NCBI GenBank assembly: GCA_016839555.1
Contig: JAEOUA010000006.1
Span: 160,001-224,000, forward strand
DNA length: 64,000 bases
Reading direction: 5' to 3'
DNA from: Promethearchaeota archaeon
GTDB taxonomy: Archaea > Asgardarchaeota > Lokiarchaeia > Sigyniarchaeales > SOKP01
Shown piece after piece: positions 10,934-21,387 of this stretch. The notes beneath the pieces are model-generated. The model was not told the DNA's origin. It did not search any database and worked only from the letters and a program-made list of their open reading frames with translations. Position 1 is the stretch's first letter. Each line of letters starts with the position of its first letter. The translations under genes and the position numbers were made by a program.

Positions 10934-12670
10934 ATGAATTATGCAAATTTTAGCAAATGGAAATATGAATCTTATTTAATTTCATTAGGATCAAAAAATA
11001 ATAAATTTGAAGAGCGAAAATTAAAATTAAGGTTTAGATTAATTGGAGTTCCTTCTAATCATGCTATTAAGGAATTTTTGGTTGAAACGAGTAACACTTT
11101 TGGTCAAATTAAGAGAAGTGTACAAAGAGAATATAGATTAAATCCCATAATTGATATTAATTTCATTTATAAAGGAAAAGTTTTACGAAATGATTTGAGA
11201 ATTTCTCAAATTGGTGATCCCAAAATAATAGATCCAATAACTATAATATGTATGAATTCAGGCGGAGCAAAAAGAGTTAGAGAAGATGAAGATGAAATTA
11301 AAAAATTAATTCACGTACTTAGTGAAAAAATAATACCATATCGGTTTCGGTGGATTTCGAGACGAGTAGAAAACAAATTTAAGGAACTTAGCGATAATAT
11401 TCCTCTTTTAAAACTAATATTTGCACATAAATTTGGAAGAGAATTAACATCTTTACTTGAAAATTTTTCTCATGGCCATAGATTTGACTTAAGTGATTTT
11501 CTCCATTATAATAATAAGTATGGAAATAATCCACATAAATTATTAGATCTTTTACTGGAGGATTTTATTAAGAATTACAATGAATATAATAGATATAGTG
11601 AATATAAAGATTTTAGGATTCTTATCTTTTCTACTTTACTAGAACTAATTCCATTAATTCCCATTAATGAGGAATCGGTTTTTTATGAAGCACTAAAACT
11701 TATAAATGACATTCAGATTGAAGAAAATGGAGAAATATTTCAAAAATTGTTAGAAATATTAAAAAATTCAAAAATTTCAATAGAAAAGAAGCTATTGACA
11801 TTTAATGTCATTGATAATAAAAATTTTGAAACATTACTTGATGATTTTAAATCATTTATATTAATGAATGATTTAGAATGTCCCTCAGAACTGAAGTTAG
11901 GTATTATAGACAGATTCGAAAGAGAAAATCCAAAATATTCTTCCATATTAGATAAAATAACTCCAAATCTGATTAAACTAATAGAACAAAATATTAATCC
12001 AGAATTAGAAAAAAAAATAAATAAAATTTTATTTAATCAGGGAATGATTTGCGGAAATTGTGGAAGAATTATCAATGAACATAAAAACTTTTCAGAAATT
12101 ACCTTTTGTGAAGTATGTAATAAAACTTTTTGTCAAGAGTGTATTGAAAATGAAGATCTTCTTAATGAATGTGAGTTTTGTAATAGATTTATCTGCAAAA
12201 CCCACGAGGAAGCATATAGCATAATTAATCTTGAAGAGAGAAATGTTGTTTTATGTGATATTTGTTTAGAAGAGAGGAAATATCAAAGTAATCAGATAAT
12301 ATGCAAATTATGCCAAAATAAAATCTTAAAATGCAGTAATGATGAATGTGAAATAAATATCTGTAGGAAACATCAAATTCGATGTGTTATTTGCGATAAA
12401 AGGTATTGTTCGAAATGTAAAGAAAAATTTATGAGAGCGTTTGATTTTGGATTAGCTTGTCATAAATGTGTTGAAACGGAAATTATAGAATGCGAAGAAT
12501 GCGGAATTGAAATAGTCAAAAATTATAATGCATATAGCTGTTCAGATTGTGGAAAATATTTATGCGAAGAACATATTTTCAGTGTACCTGATTGGGGCAA
12601 AAAATACTGTAAGGAATGTCTAGAAAATTGGAAGGAATATACATTTCGAATGCAAGCTTTTGGACATTAA
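10934..12670 (+). CDS. Ubiquitin-like domain (internal GG) fused to a helical region and a Cys/His-rich multi-zinc-finger domain
   Basis: aa ~28-111 is beta-grasp-like (LRFRLIGVP...TFGQIKRSVQREYRLNP..INFIYKGKVL...ITIICMNSGG). From aa 373 to the end there are about 16 CxxC/CxxH pairs. Confidence 0.75.
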   Translation: MNYANFSKWKYESYLISLGSKNNKFEERKLKLRFRLIGVPSNHAIKEFLVETSNTFGQIKRSVQREYRLNPIIDINFIYKGKVLRNDLRISQIGDPKIIDPITIICMNSGGAKRVREDEDEIKKLIHVLSEKIIPYRFRWISRRVENKFKELSDNIPLLKLIFAHKFGRELTSLLENFSHGHRFDLSDFLHYNNKYGNNPHKLLDLLLEDFIKNYNEYNRYSEYKDFRILIFSTLLELIPLIPINEESVFYEALKLINDIQIEENGEIFQKLLEILKNSKISIEKKLLTFNVIDNKNFETLLDDFKSFILMNDLECPSELKLGIIDRFERENPKYSSILDKITPNLIKLIEQNINPELEKKINKILFNQGMICGNCGRIINEHKNFSEITFCEVCNKTFCQECIENEDLLNECEFCNRFICKTHEEAYSIINLEERNVVLCDICLEERKYQSNQIICKLCQNKILKCSNDECEINICRKHQIRCVICDKRYCSKCKEKFMRAFDFGLACHKCVETEIIECEECGIEIVKNYNAYSCSDCGKYLCEEHIFSVPDWGKKYCKECLENWKEYTFRMQAFGH

Positions 12671-12714
12671 AATTTAAATTTATTAAAATTAATAAAAAAA
12701 AAGGTGAAATTATA

Positions 12715-13332
12715 ATGAATGAAGAAAAATATTCCGAGATTAAGGAGGATTTAAAAAATATAATTCATTCCTTAGTTGGATTGTGCCCTGCCTATAATTC
12801 AATAGTACGAATTCTGCGTGATGGTAATGAGAAATTTATAGGCTATGTAAAGGCGGCTTATCCTGAAATCCTAGATCGTGATATATTGTCTGTACTTCTT
12901 GGTTTGTTTGATGTTGAAACAGGAGAAACTTTATTGGTTAAGAGGAATGGAATAGGGGATAATCTAGTGGATTTAATCAATAAAATCGAGGAAAAACTTG
13001 ATAAGAAAGAAATAAGAGATTTAGTATCTGAATCGATGGGAGAGGGTGTTCCAAATCCTGTAAAGGATTATATTGAGGGATGCATTGATGTTCTTAAAAA
13101 GAATGATGAAATTGCTTTAAAATTAATAAAACTAATCGCGGCAGATGGTTGGTATAATTTAAATAATTTAATTGAAAAAGTAAATGAAACATATAAATTA
13201 AATTTTAATAATGAAGAAATTTTCAAACATTTGAAAAATCTAGAAGATTTAGGACTCCTTGAATCTCTGAATGAAAACAGAATCGAAATAATAAAGAAGT
13301 ATTGTGAGCATATTCTTAACCTAACAAAATAG
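12715..13332 (+). CDS. Hypothetical protein with C-terminal winged helix
   Basis: Likely start is ATG 12715 after AAGGTGA. The C-terminal EIFKHLKNLEDLGLLES is wHTH-like. Confidence 0.65.
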   Translation: MNEEKYSEIKEDLKNIIHSLVGLCPAYNSIVRILRDGNEKFIGYVKAAYPEILDRDILSVLLGLFDVETGETLLVKRNGIGDNLVDLINKIEEKLDKKEIRDLVSESMGEGVPNPVKDYIEGCIDVLKKNDEIALKLIKLIAADGWYNLNNLIEKVNETYKLNFNNEEIFKHLKNLEDLGLLESLNENRIEIIKKYCEHILNLTK

Positions 13333-13337
13333 AAGGT

Positions 13338-15314
13338 GTGAAAAAAATCCAAAATCTTAAAAAAAAGCCTATAATAAATAAAAGAAAAAAATTAAATAGA
13401 GAAAAAAGTAATAGATTACAAACTAAAGAGGATAATACAAGTTTAAATGAGGGAAATCAATTAGAAATTAAGCAATTAATACTAAAAAAGCAATCCCCTT
13501 TATTTAAACAGAATGAACATAATTTAATAGAGAAATCGAGAAAACTTAAATACAATAGTTTATCTAATGATAAAATATTTAAAAGGCTCAATAATGAAAA
13601 AAAAGTAGGAGAAGTTTTAAAACCGGTTAAAATTGAATCTGTAAAAAAATTTATTACTAATGATATTGAGGAAAGAAAAGAAGATTTTTTCTTTGAAAAG
13701 AAAAAACCAGAATTTAGAAAATTTAAAAAATCCAATACTAAAACATCTCTTTCAAGATTTATTCATCGAAATCACTTTAAATTTGAAAAATTAAATGAAA
13801 ATATAAATACCCAACTAATTAAATTCCATATGGGAAAAAAATTCTCTTTCAAACCAGAGTTAAAAGTGATAAAAAGAAGTAATATTAATTTAATACCTTC
13901 ATTTCAAGACAGTGAAAAAAATGATAAAAACATTTTAAGGAATAGAGGAATAAGTATGAATAGTGATGATAATACTGGAGTTAGAAAAGAATCAAAAAAG
14001 GAAATAAAAGAAAAATCTAGAAAAAAAGATAATATTAAGAAAAAATCTAATGAATTTGGTGATATCCAAGATAATGGAGAAGATGATTTATTTAATAAAA
14101 TATTTCATAGCAATATTCAAGGTTTTCCAAAAGTTTTGGATTCAGAAGGTCCCTATTTAATATTAGTTGGAGTTAGAAAAAATATTAAAGTCACAGACAC
14201 CCTTCAAATACTTTTAAAAAAGATATATCGAAATGTTGTTGGAGGGAAACCAGATCCAGAAAATATTGGAGATAAAGAGGATTTAAGGGATAATGGTGCC
14301 AAAGCAGGTAGAAATATAATTCTTCTAAATGAAGAATTATTCAAGCAAAAGACCTATGAAAATTATAAGGATCCTTTAAATATTAAAACGAATCTTTTAG
14401 ATGAAGAATGGATTCTAAAAAAATTAGATGAAAATTATAGCCAGAGTTTCGGATTTCTCATACTCGAAGTTCCATTTGATATTCTTGTAAAAGCATATAA
14501 AAGCTTAACCAAAAATATCCGAAAAATTAAACCTTCTCGGATAATATTATTAAGACCATTAAATAAATATACTCTGGAAGAATTGAATTTAACAACTAAC
14601 GAATTAGAAGGAAAAACAGATAAAAAAGATCCTATTACTAAAATAAGGAATTTTTCTAAAGCTCTTCATGGTTTTATTGTACCAAAAGAGGATAAAAAAT
14701 GGCAAAAGGGTAAAACATTTGATGACATTTTTCTAAGCTGTAGAAATGAAGAAGATCTCTTTAAGAAGAAGTTAAAGGAAAAATTTTCAATAAAAGTAAA
14801 TGGTAAAAATATTCCCATCGAAAGACTAGTTAAAATTTCACCAAGAGAGAAACTAAAAGATTTTAAAAAAGAAAGTGAATTACATTTTTTCTTAAAAACC
14901 ATTCTTGTTAGATATTATTATGAAATTAAATGTTTAGAACTTGATCAGGTAAAAACAGAATATGAAACGCCATTAGCAAATGATTCTGATAACGAGATAA
15001 TACCTGATATTGAAATTAAAGAAAAAAATAAAGTTATTGAAGTTGAAACATTATACGGAACGGTTAATCCTATAGGAAAAATCACAGAAACAATAGAAAA
15101 ATATAAAAAAAGAAAATTTTACAAAATAAATGTAATTTTAACCAATTATGACATGTTCTTCTATTACAAGTTCATAAAGAATATAAAGGAATTCTATAAT
15201 AAAGAGGGCTATAAAATTGATTTTATGACTTTCAATTTTTCAAAAAGAAAGATTGATTTAATAGGAATAAATGAATTTAAAAAGAAATTTAATAATGATA
15301 ATGAGTTAAAATAA
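13338..15314 (+). CDS. Large protein with low-complexity basic N-terminus and C-terminal PD-(D/E)xK-like nuclease domain
   Basis: ESELHFFLK...VKTEY...IIPDIEI...VIEVETL (E-x-E variant). GTG start after GAAGG, 5 nt after the upstream stop. Confidence 0.6.
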   Translation: MKKIQNLKKKPIINKRKKLNREKSNRLQTKEDNTSLNEGNQLEIKQLILKKQSPLFKQNEHNLIEKSRKLKYNSLSNDKIFKRLNNEKKVGEVLKPVKIESVKKFITNDIEERKEDFFFEKKKPEFRKFKKSNTKTSLSRFIHRNHFKFEKLNENINTQLIKFHMGKKFSFKPELKVIKRSNINLIPSFQDSEKNDKNILRNRGISMNSDDNTGVRKESKKEIKEKSRKKDNIKKKSNEFGDIQDNGEDDLFNKIFHSNIQGFPKVLDSEGPYLILVGVRKNIKVTDTLQILLKKIYRNVVGGKPDPENIGDKEDLRDNGAKAGRNIILLNEELFKQKTYENYKDPLNIKTNLLDEEWILKKLDENYSQSFGFLILEVPFDILVKAYKSLTKNIRKIKPSRIILLRPLNKYTLEELNLTTNELEGKTDKKDPITKIRNFSKALHGFIVPKEDKKWQKGKTFDDIFLSCRNEEDLFKKKLKEKFSIKVNGKNIPIERLVKISPREKLKDFKKESELHFFLKTILVRYYYEIKCLELDQVKTEYETPLANDSDNEIIPDIEIKEKNKVIEVETLYGTVNPIGKITETIEKYKKRKFYKINVILTNYDMFFYYKFIKNIKEFYNKEGYKIDFMTFNFSKRKIDLIGINEFKKKFNNDNELK

Positions 15315-15316
15315 AA

Positions 15317-16465
15317 GTGATTAGATTGTCTATTGGAAATAACATAGAAAAAATTTTAAATGATAAAGAAAGCGAAATTGTTGAATTTAAAGCATCATTT
15401 AAATGGGATATAGAGAAAAAAGAAATTAATAATAACCTTCTTGATGAAGTATCTGAAACGGTGGCAGCTTTCATGAATTCAAGAGGAGGTAATTTATTTA
15501 TTGGAATTAAGGATAATGGCGAAATCTATGGATTAGCAAATGATATAAAACATTGTTTTCAAAAAAGCGTTGATGTACTACAACAAAATGTCCCTCAATC
15601 AATAAAAGATAATTTAGGAGGAGCTGGTACGAATTATACAATGGATATTGAAAAATATGAAGGTAAAAAAATATGTATAATTAAGGTTAGTCCATCCGAT
15701 GAACCAATTTTTTTTCAAAACCGTGATTTCTATGTTAGAAGAGGAACATCAGACTATAAATTAAATTCTAAAGAAACATATGAATATATCAAAATTCGAT
15801 TTCTAGAATATAAAAAGTTGAGGTATGAGATCCCCAAAGTAATTAATCCTTTTGATGAAAGAATCGATATAATTCTGAAAATCATTAAAAATTATGTTAT
15901 AGAATATTATTTAAGCGGTCTTATAGGAAATTTTGATCGCTCAATTAATAAAGAAATTTTTAATTTAACAAAAATTATAAATAAATTTGATTCTTCTTAT
16001 TTACCAGAATTTATCAGATTACCAAATAATAAACCTAATTATCAATATCTTTCAAATCTTTTTTTTAATTGTAGTGCTAATGATTTAAAGTTAATGTTAA
16101 GTAATAAAGAAATTGAAAAAGACAAAATTAAAAGAAGTATTTATTTACTCTCTGGAGATTTAGCATATATGATTTTTGAAAATTATAAAAAACATTTGGA
16201 AAAGACTGTATTTTCTCTAAAAAAAATACATCGTCTCTTTGTTTTTGAAACAGAAAATAATGAATATTTTAAAGAAAGAATTAGTCTAATTAAATTTAAA
16301 GAAGCTTTAAAAATCCTCAAAGAATATGGATTAATAAGTCTTTATGGTGAGGAATATAAAGGAAATAGCTCAGAAACGGAATTACATATATTAGATAAGT
16401 TAAGATTAAAGGATTATGTACGGCAGAGTTCGATTTCTTTCCTAATTAACAAAAAGCGAGATTAA
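15317..16465 (+). CDS. Schlafen/AlbA_2-domain protein with C-terminal extension
   Basis: ESEIVEFKAS, VAAFMNSRGGNLFIGIKDNG, FYVRRGTS; starts 2 nt after the upstream stop. Confidence 0.85.
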   Translation: MIRLSIGNNIEKILNDKESEIVEFKASFKWDIEKKEINNNLLDEVSETVAAFMNSRGGNLFIGIKDNGEIYGLANDIKHCFQKSVDVLQQNVPQSIKDNLGGAGTNYTMDIEKYEGKKICIIKVSPSDEPIFFQNRDFYVRRGTSDYKLNSKETYEYIKIRFLEYKKLRYEIPKVINPFDERIDIILKIIKNYVIEYYLSGLIGNFDRSINKEIFNLTKIINKFDSSYLPEFIRLPNNKPNYQYLSNLFFNCSANDLKLMLSNKEIEKDKIKRSIYLLSGDLAYMIFENYKKHLEKTVFSLKKIHRLFVFETENNEYFKERISLIKFKEALKILKEYGLISLYGEEYKGNSSETELHILDKLRLKDYVRQSSISFLINKKRD

Positions 16466-16569
16466 AATTAATTAATTTCAAGACATTATTACTGATAAAA
16501 TTTTAAAAATATCTAAATAATTTTTTCCATTTGAGAATAGATATCATTGCATTTCGGATTCAGATATTT

Positions 16570-19500
16570 TTAAGTATGGTATCGAAATTTTATCCTTAAT
16601 TTATCTTTATTCATATAAAAATTCAATTCTTTCTCATTATTGCAATAATCAAGCGCAAATCGCCGAATTTTTGCCGCCGTTTGCATTAATTCTTTATCAT
16701 TGGGAATGTAAGTCAAGAAATTCTTGCTACAAATCAGAATGAATTTCGCCCGCGCCCGTGAGCTCAGCACATTGAACCGATTCAAATTGTAAATGAACTC
16801 CTCCTCGCTTAAAAGTTGATCTTGAGCGGAAATGCCAATAGAAGTGATAATGAAATCCCGAGCGGAGCCTTGAAATTTTTCCACCGAGTAAATAGTCTTT
16901 TTCAGCAATTCCATTAATTCTCGTTCCCCAAGCGCGTTGAGGTCATAATCATTCAAAATTTGATGAAGTTGTCTGATAATTAAGCGTCCTTGAGCATTAT
17001 GAGGCGCCACCACACCGAGTTTCTCCGTCCAAAACATTCGCTGAATATTCCTTAATTCTTTTTCAAAAGCTTTCGATTTTTCCGGTATATTCATTAAATA
17101 ATACCCCAAAACCAGTTGAATAACGATATAAGCCTCGAGAGGACTAACTGCAGTTTCATATTTGTTCTGATGGATAATAGATTCCACAGCAATTCCCTTA
17201 TCCAATACATCAAGCACCCAGCTCTCTATTTTGGGCTCTTTCCCAGCAGCGATCCAATCTTGAAGGCGGTGAAAATCGCCCTCAATCGTTTTATCTTTAT
17301 TCGTTAATGGCGCAATATCGCGTTCATATATGTCCATATAATTTGTAAAGTCCACGATGTCTTGATGGCTTCTATAGTTGATTTGTAATTGGTCGTTAGG
17401 GATGCGATGATTATCCGCATAAAAACCAAAGAGATTATCCAGAATGGGCTCAAGTTTTTTCGGCGGAAGGACTTGCTGTACAGGAGGTAATTGATTTTGG
17501 TCGCCCACAATTACTAATTTAGTTAACTCATCAACATCGGGGCTTCTTTTAGTTTCTTTAGAGACTAAATATAATTCATTTAATTTCTCGATATCAGAAA
17601 TTTGTTGACCAGAGGCCGCCGATAAATCTTTAGACATAATTTCGACACCGAAATTTTTAACATATAGAAGTGCAGACATAATCTGATTAACTGGCACTTG
17701 CGAGCTTTCATCTACAACAATAAGGTCAAATGCAAATCCCAAATTAATAAAGCTTAGTTTACCATATCTCTTCTTTTTTAAATCAAACAATTGATGCGCA
17801 TTGGTAAAAAGGATGAGATTTTCATTATGTGGCGCTAAGATATCATAAGATTTTTTATCGCTTTCATGAGTAATTTCCGCGAATACCTTAGCTCCAGCAC
17901 CATTTATTTGTCTCATCTCTAGAGTTTTTTTATCTTTAAAATACGCATCATAAAGCGTTTTTGAACCGTGTAAGGAGGGTGGTTCTTGATCTCTGGAGTG
18001 AAGAAAGACGAGTTGAGCCTTCGCAGCTTCGGTTAAATTTCCCGTATTGTCTAAACTATTAAAAATCGTTTCAAAGACTACCCGAAGAGCTGCATAAGAA
18101 AACGCCATAACCAGCACTTTCACGGGCCCTCTATTTTTTTCCTTTTGTCTATGAATATATTCATCGATAAGCATAGCAATGGTTTGGGTTTTTCCGGTTC
18201 CGGGAGGCCCTTGAATCCCATAGATGGTATACTTCATTGCGTTAAGGATGGCTTGTTCTTGGGAGGCATCGGGAGGTGGAGAAATCGGTGTTAATAATTT
18301 TTTAGGAGTATAAGAATAGGAGGGTAGCAGATTCGGGGCATAGAGATAGACCTCGGGCAGCCTTCCTTCGTAGGGGAACGGATCTGGGTACTCCAAGGCA
18401 GTCTTTTGAGTCATATTCCATTTAAACGCCAATATTTTTCCCAGCCAAGATTCTCCAAAATTTTCTCTTAATAGCAATTTTTCTAATCTTTGAGCCCACG
18501 GATTTGATTCATAAGAATACAAATAAAAAGTATCATCAATAAGAATTCGCTCCCCAAGTTGTACTAAAGCTTGCCTTTTGTTTCGAAGATCTATTATTTT
18601 TTGAGAAATTTTATTAACTAAGGAGTAATCTTGAAGATAAGGCGACTGTTCCTCGAGCTCCTGGATATAATTATCCAACAAATCAGTACTCCAGGTTTGA
18701 GTTCTAACCTGCCAGTGATTATTATCCCAATTCAAATCTTCAATCACAATTCTCCATTTATAATTTTTATAGCTGGGAGCATCTCGTAACATTTCTGGTA
18801 CGCAGATTACCCATGCTCCCTCATCAATTTTCACATTTGAAGACATTCCACCAAGTTCAAACTCATAAAAATACCCATTATATCCCCCGTAGCTACCACT
18901 TCCACTTGTCTCAGGAATCTGCCAGATACCATTGATTTTGGCCGATTTTAATTTTCCTACACCATAAGTGGGATACATACATCGAATGTTATCAAGTTCA
19001 AACTCATTATAGGCAGTCGTATAATGTTCAAATAAATACCAAATTTGCGCAATATTGTGATATGATTCAGGTAATTCATAATCGAAAAAATCTTCCATCG
19101 CCCGTGGCTTATTATATCCCAAAAGATAAGATTTCCCATGCTGTTGAAAAACTTGCCTTAACTTATCAAGCGTTCGCACTTTTTTTATCATCTGTTTCTT
19201 TAATTCGCTGAGAAGTGTTGCCTTTTTTTGGCCGTCATTATATAAGTAGCGATACCATTGCTGGAAATCAATAAAATTGAAATGGCGGTTCCAGAAAACC
19301 TCGTAGAAGATTTGCTCTTTATACCCAAATATGGGTTGATATTTTGGTATTTTAGATAGATATTTCGCCAGTTCATGCCAAGTATAATTAATAATCAAAG
19401 GAAAACTCATGGTGGTTTCGGCAAATGCTCTGAGATTAAAGAACTTCTTATGATGATAAGGATGCTTTACGTTCGATTCCGAGGGATTGAACCATCGAAG

Positions 19501-21387
19501 GATATATAATGTCTTTCTGCGTAGCGCAGGACTATCATTTAAGTAATCCAAATTTCGCTCCAGAAATTCTTCTAAATATTCTATTTGTTCTTGAGACCAA
19601 TAATAAATGGCACAATTGAGAGATTTCCCGTCCACTTCGGTGAACCATTCCAAATTTTGGATAAAGATCAGTATTGCATATAAGAGCGAAATTACTTCTT
19701 CTGAGAATTTATTCTCATCCTCTTGAGTAAGTCCTGTATTGACAAGAGAAAAATCTAGTTCAAGAGTACTATAATGCATTTTTCCGCCACTAGAAGCCTT
19801 TTTCAACTGTAGCCAGGGACGATCCTTATTTTTATGCATTTTAAATAGAAATGTCAGAGCAGAAGCAAATCTATTGAGTGAATGTATGACCCGCTTTTCT
19901 ACATTATCCTCTTCAATCCCATCGATGTTGAATTGAGTTAATATCTGATTCTGTATATAGTCCAAGTTATTCGTATCTTCAAAAAATTTATTCCATAGAG
20001 TCCACCATCTCACGAATTTATCATATTGGTTCAAATAATCTGAAACAAAACAGTTTAAATTAAAGGATACCGCGCAGACAACATCGTGGATGGGATCCGT
20101 TTCAAAGTCGAGGATTAAAGAGATCGGGCTATATTTTGGGATGGATATAGAATAAATTTCTCCAATCTTTGGGCTGAGAGGTTTATTTTCTAAGAGCGCC
20201 TGTGCTCGTTGTTTTAGAAAAGGTTTTTCCGCATAGAGAGGGGTGGGAACAATATTTTTTGGGTGTGCATCGATTTTATCAGCCACATCTTTAATAGTCT
20301 CATATATAGGGGCTTGACAATCTTTTAATTGTTCTGAAATAGTTTTTGAAGTATAAGGGATCAGTTGGAGGTCCCATTGGTCTCGAGGATAACAGTCATC
20401 GCATTTCAGCGTTTTTTTACAATCTTCTAAATAGGGGCATCTGGCGCAGATTGATTGGAGATTAAGCGGAATCTCCTCTATACTGCACGGAATTTCCTCT
20501 TTAAATTCCCGGAGTTTATTGGAAAGCGACTCATACAGAATAATGGTGTCTTTAAACGGCATCTTCACGATTTTTCGGCGGATCTCAGAGATACCGAGTT
20601 TCATTTGCTTAACTTTAGTATATCGGGGAAAAATGCCATTTTCATCAACGCGTACGAAAAATTTATCATCTAACCCGTGAATGTGTAAGAAATGATTGAA
20701 GGCCATAAAATAAAAGAGAATTTCGAAAAAATACTTCTTTCCGATACTATCCGGCCGAGACAGCTTGACATCGATGATTGATATGCCGACTCTTGTATCC
20801 AACTCTTTTTCTGGTACTTCTCTGATGGTACCGTCAGCCAATAACTCTCTAATTTGTTCTTTTTCCTTGAACTTTACCTTCGAAAATCTGGTTGCTTCTA
20901 CTTTTTTATTTCCTATTAATAAAAGGTCTGGTCGAAGCGTTTCCGAATAATCAGTAGGTATTTCTTCGCCAGGAGAAAGTTGAAAAAATTCCCAGATAAA
21001 TTGCTCGGGTGTCTCAAAATCATATTCAATAAGACATAATTCTTGGTCTGTGCCATCAACTATTATTTTTTCATATAGCTTTATAAAGAAATCAGGTGTT
21101 AACTGTGGCCCTTTTAAAACATCCCAAGGAGCTTTCTGGAGCACTTTATTCTTATTATTTGGAAAGATAGTATCATAAACTTCATTCTCGTAATTTCTAC
21201 CTAGTTTGATAATGAGTGCGCCTATTTTTTCACGCTCCAAAGGTTCAACTTCGCGATATGGGTGAATCCAAGAGCTATCATTCTTTCCAAGATTCAGAAA
21301 GAGCTGCCGTTCGCAGTTAGATTCCAAATAATCTCCGAGATTTTGCTTATTCAAATGATTTTTAGTCATCTGATATGATAATATCAA
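16570..21387 (-). CDS. Fe-S RecB/Cas4-like nuclease + RNase H-like domain + SF1B (Dna2/UPF1-like) helicase
   Basis: SNCERQL plus CARCPYLEDC (4-Cys staple); RPDLL, IDVKL, EILFY; ILDFETDP; QGPPGTGKT, DESSQ, VGDQNQLPP, NYRSH, VAPHNAQ, SVEKFQG, RFNVLSSRAR. The start may be ATG 21369. Confidence 0.88.
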   Translation of the reverse strand: MILSYQMTKNHLNKQNLGDYLESNCERQLFLNLGKNDSSWIHPYREVEPLEREKIGALIIKLGRNYENEVYDTIFPNNKNKVLQKAPWDVLKGPQLTPDFFIKLYEKIIVDGTDQELCLIEYDFETPEQFIWEFFQLSPGEEIPTDYSETLRPDLLLIGNKKVEATRFSKVKFKEKEQIRELLADGTIREVPEKELDTRVGISIIDVKLSRPDSIGKKYFFEILFYFMAFNHFLHIHGLDDKFFVRVDENGIFPRYTKVKQMKLGISEIRRKIVKMPFKDTIILYESLSNKLREFKEEIPCSIEEIPLNLQSICARCPYLEDCKKTLKCDDCYPRDQWDLQLIPYTSKTISEQLKDCQAPIYETIKDVADKIDAHPKNIVPTPLYAEKPFLKQRAQALLENKPLSPKIGEIYSISIPKYSPISLILDFETDPIHDVVCAVSFNLNCFVSDYLNQYDKFVRWWTLWNKFFEDTNNLDYIQNQILTQFNIDGIEEDNVEKRVIHSLNRFASALTFLFKMHKNKDRPWLQLKKASSGGKMHYSTLELDFSLVNTGLTQEDENKFSEEVISLLYAILIFIQNLEWFTEVDGKSLNCAIYYWSQEQIEYLEEFLERNLDYLNDSPALRRKTLYILRWFNPSESNVKHPYHHKKFFNLRAFAETTMSFPLIINYTWHELAKYLSKIPKYQPIFGYKEQIFYEVFWNRHFNFIDFQQWYRYLYNDGQKKATLLSELKKQMIKKVRTLDKLRQVFQQHGKSYLLGYNKPRAMEDFFDYELPESYHNIAQIWYLFEHYTTAYNEFELDNIRCMYPTYGVGKLKSAKINGIWQIPETSGSGSYGGYNGYFYEFELGGMSSNVKIDEGAWVICVPEMLRDAPSYKNYKWRIVIEDLNWDNNHWQVRTQTWSTDLLDNYIQELEEQSPYLQDYSLVNKISQKIIDLRNKRQALVQLGERILIDDTFYLYSYESNPWAQRLEKLLLRENFGESWLGKILAFKWNMTQKTALEYPDPFPYEGRLPEVYLYAPNLLPSYSYTPKKLLTPISPPPDASQEQAILNAMKYTIYGIQGPPGTGKTQTIAMLIDEYIHRQKEKNRGPVKVLVMAFSYAALRVVFETIFNSLDNTGNLTEAAKAQLVFLHSRDQEPPSLHGSKTLYDAYFKDKKTLEMRQINGAGAKVFAEITHESDKKSYDILAPHNENLILFTNAHQLFDLKKKRYGKLSFINLGFAFDLIVVDESSQVPVNQIMSALLYVKNFGVEIMSKDLSAASGQQISDIEKLNELYLVSKETKRSPDVDELTKLVIVGDQNQLPPVQQVLPPKKLEPILDNLFGFYADNHRIPNDQLQINYRSHQDIVDFTNYMDIYERDIAPLTNKDKTIEGDFHRLQDWIAAGKEPKIESWVLDVLDKGIAVESIIHQNKYETAVSPLEAYIVIQLVLGYYLMNIPEKSKAFEKELRNIQRMFWTEKLGVVAPHNAQGRLIIRQLHQILNDYDLNALGERELMELLKKTIYSVEKFQGSARDFIITSIGISAQDQLLSEEEFIYNLNRFNVLSSRARAKFILICSKNFLTYIPNDKELMQTAAKIRRFALDYCNNEKELNFYMNKDKLRIKFRYHT

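Noticed and set aside
12616-12714. ORF-track start at 12616 overlapping the Ubl gene
   Set aside because: ATG 12715 has an SD-like AAGGTGA and avoids the overlap, so it is the more plausible start.
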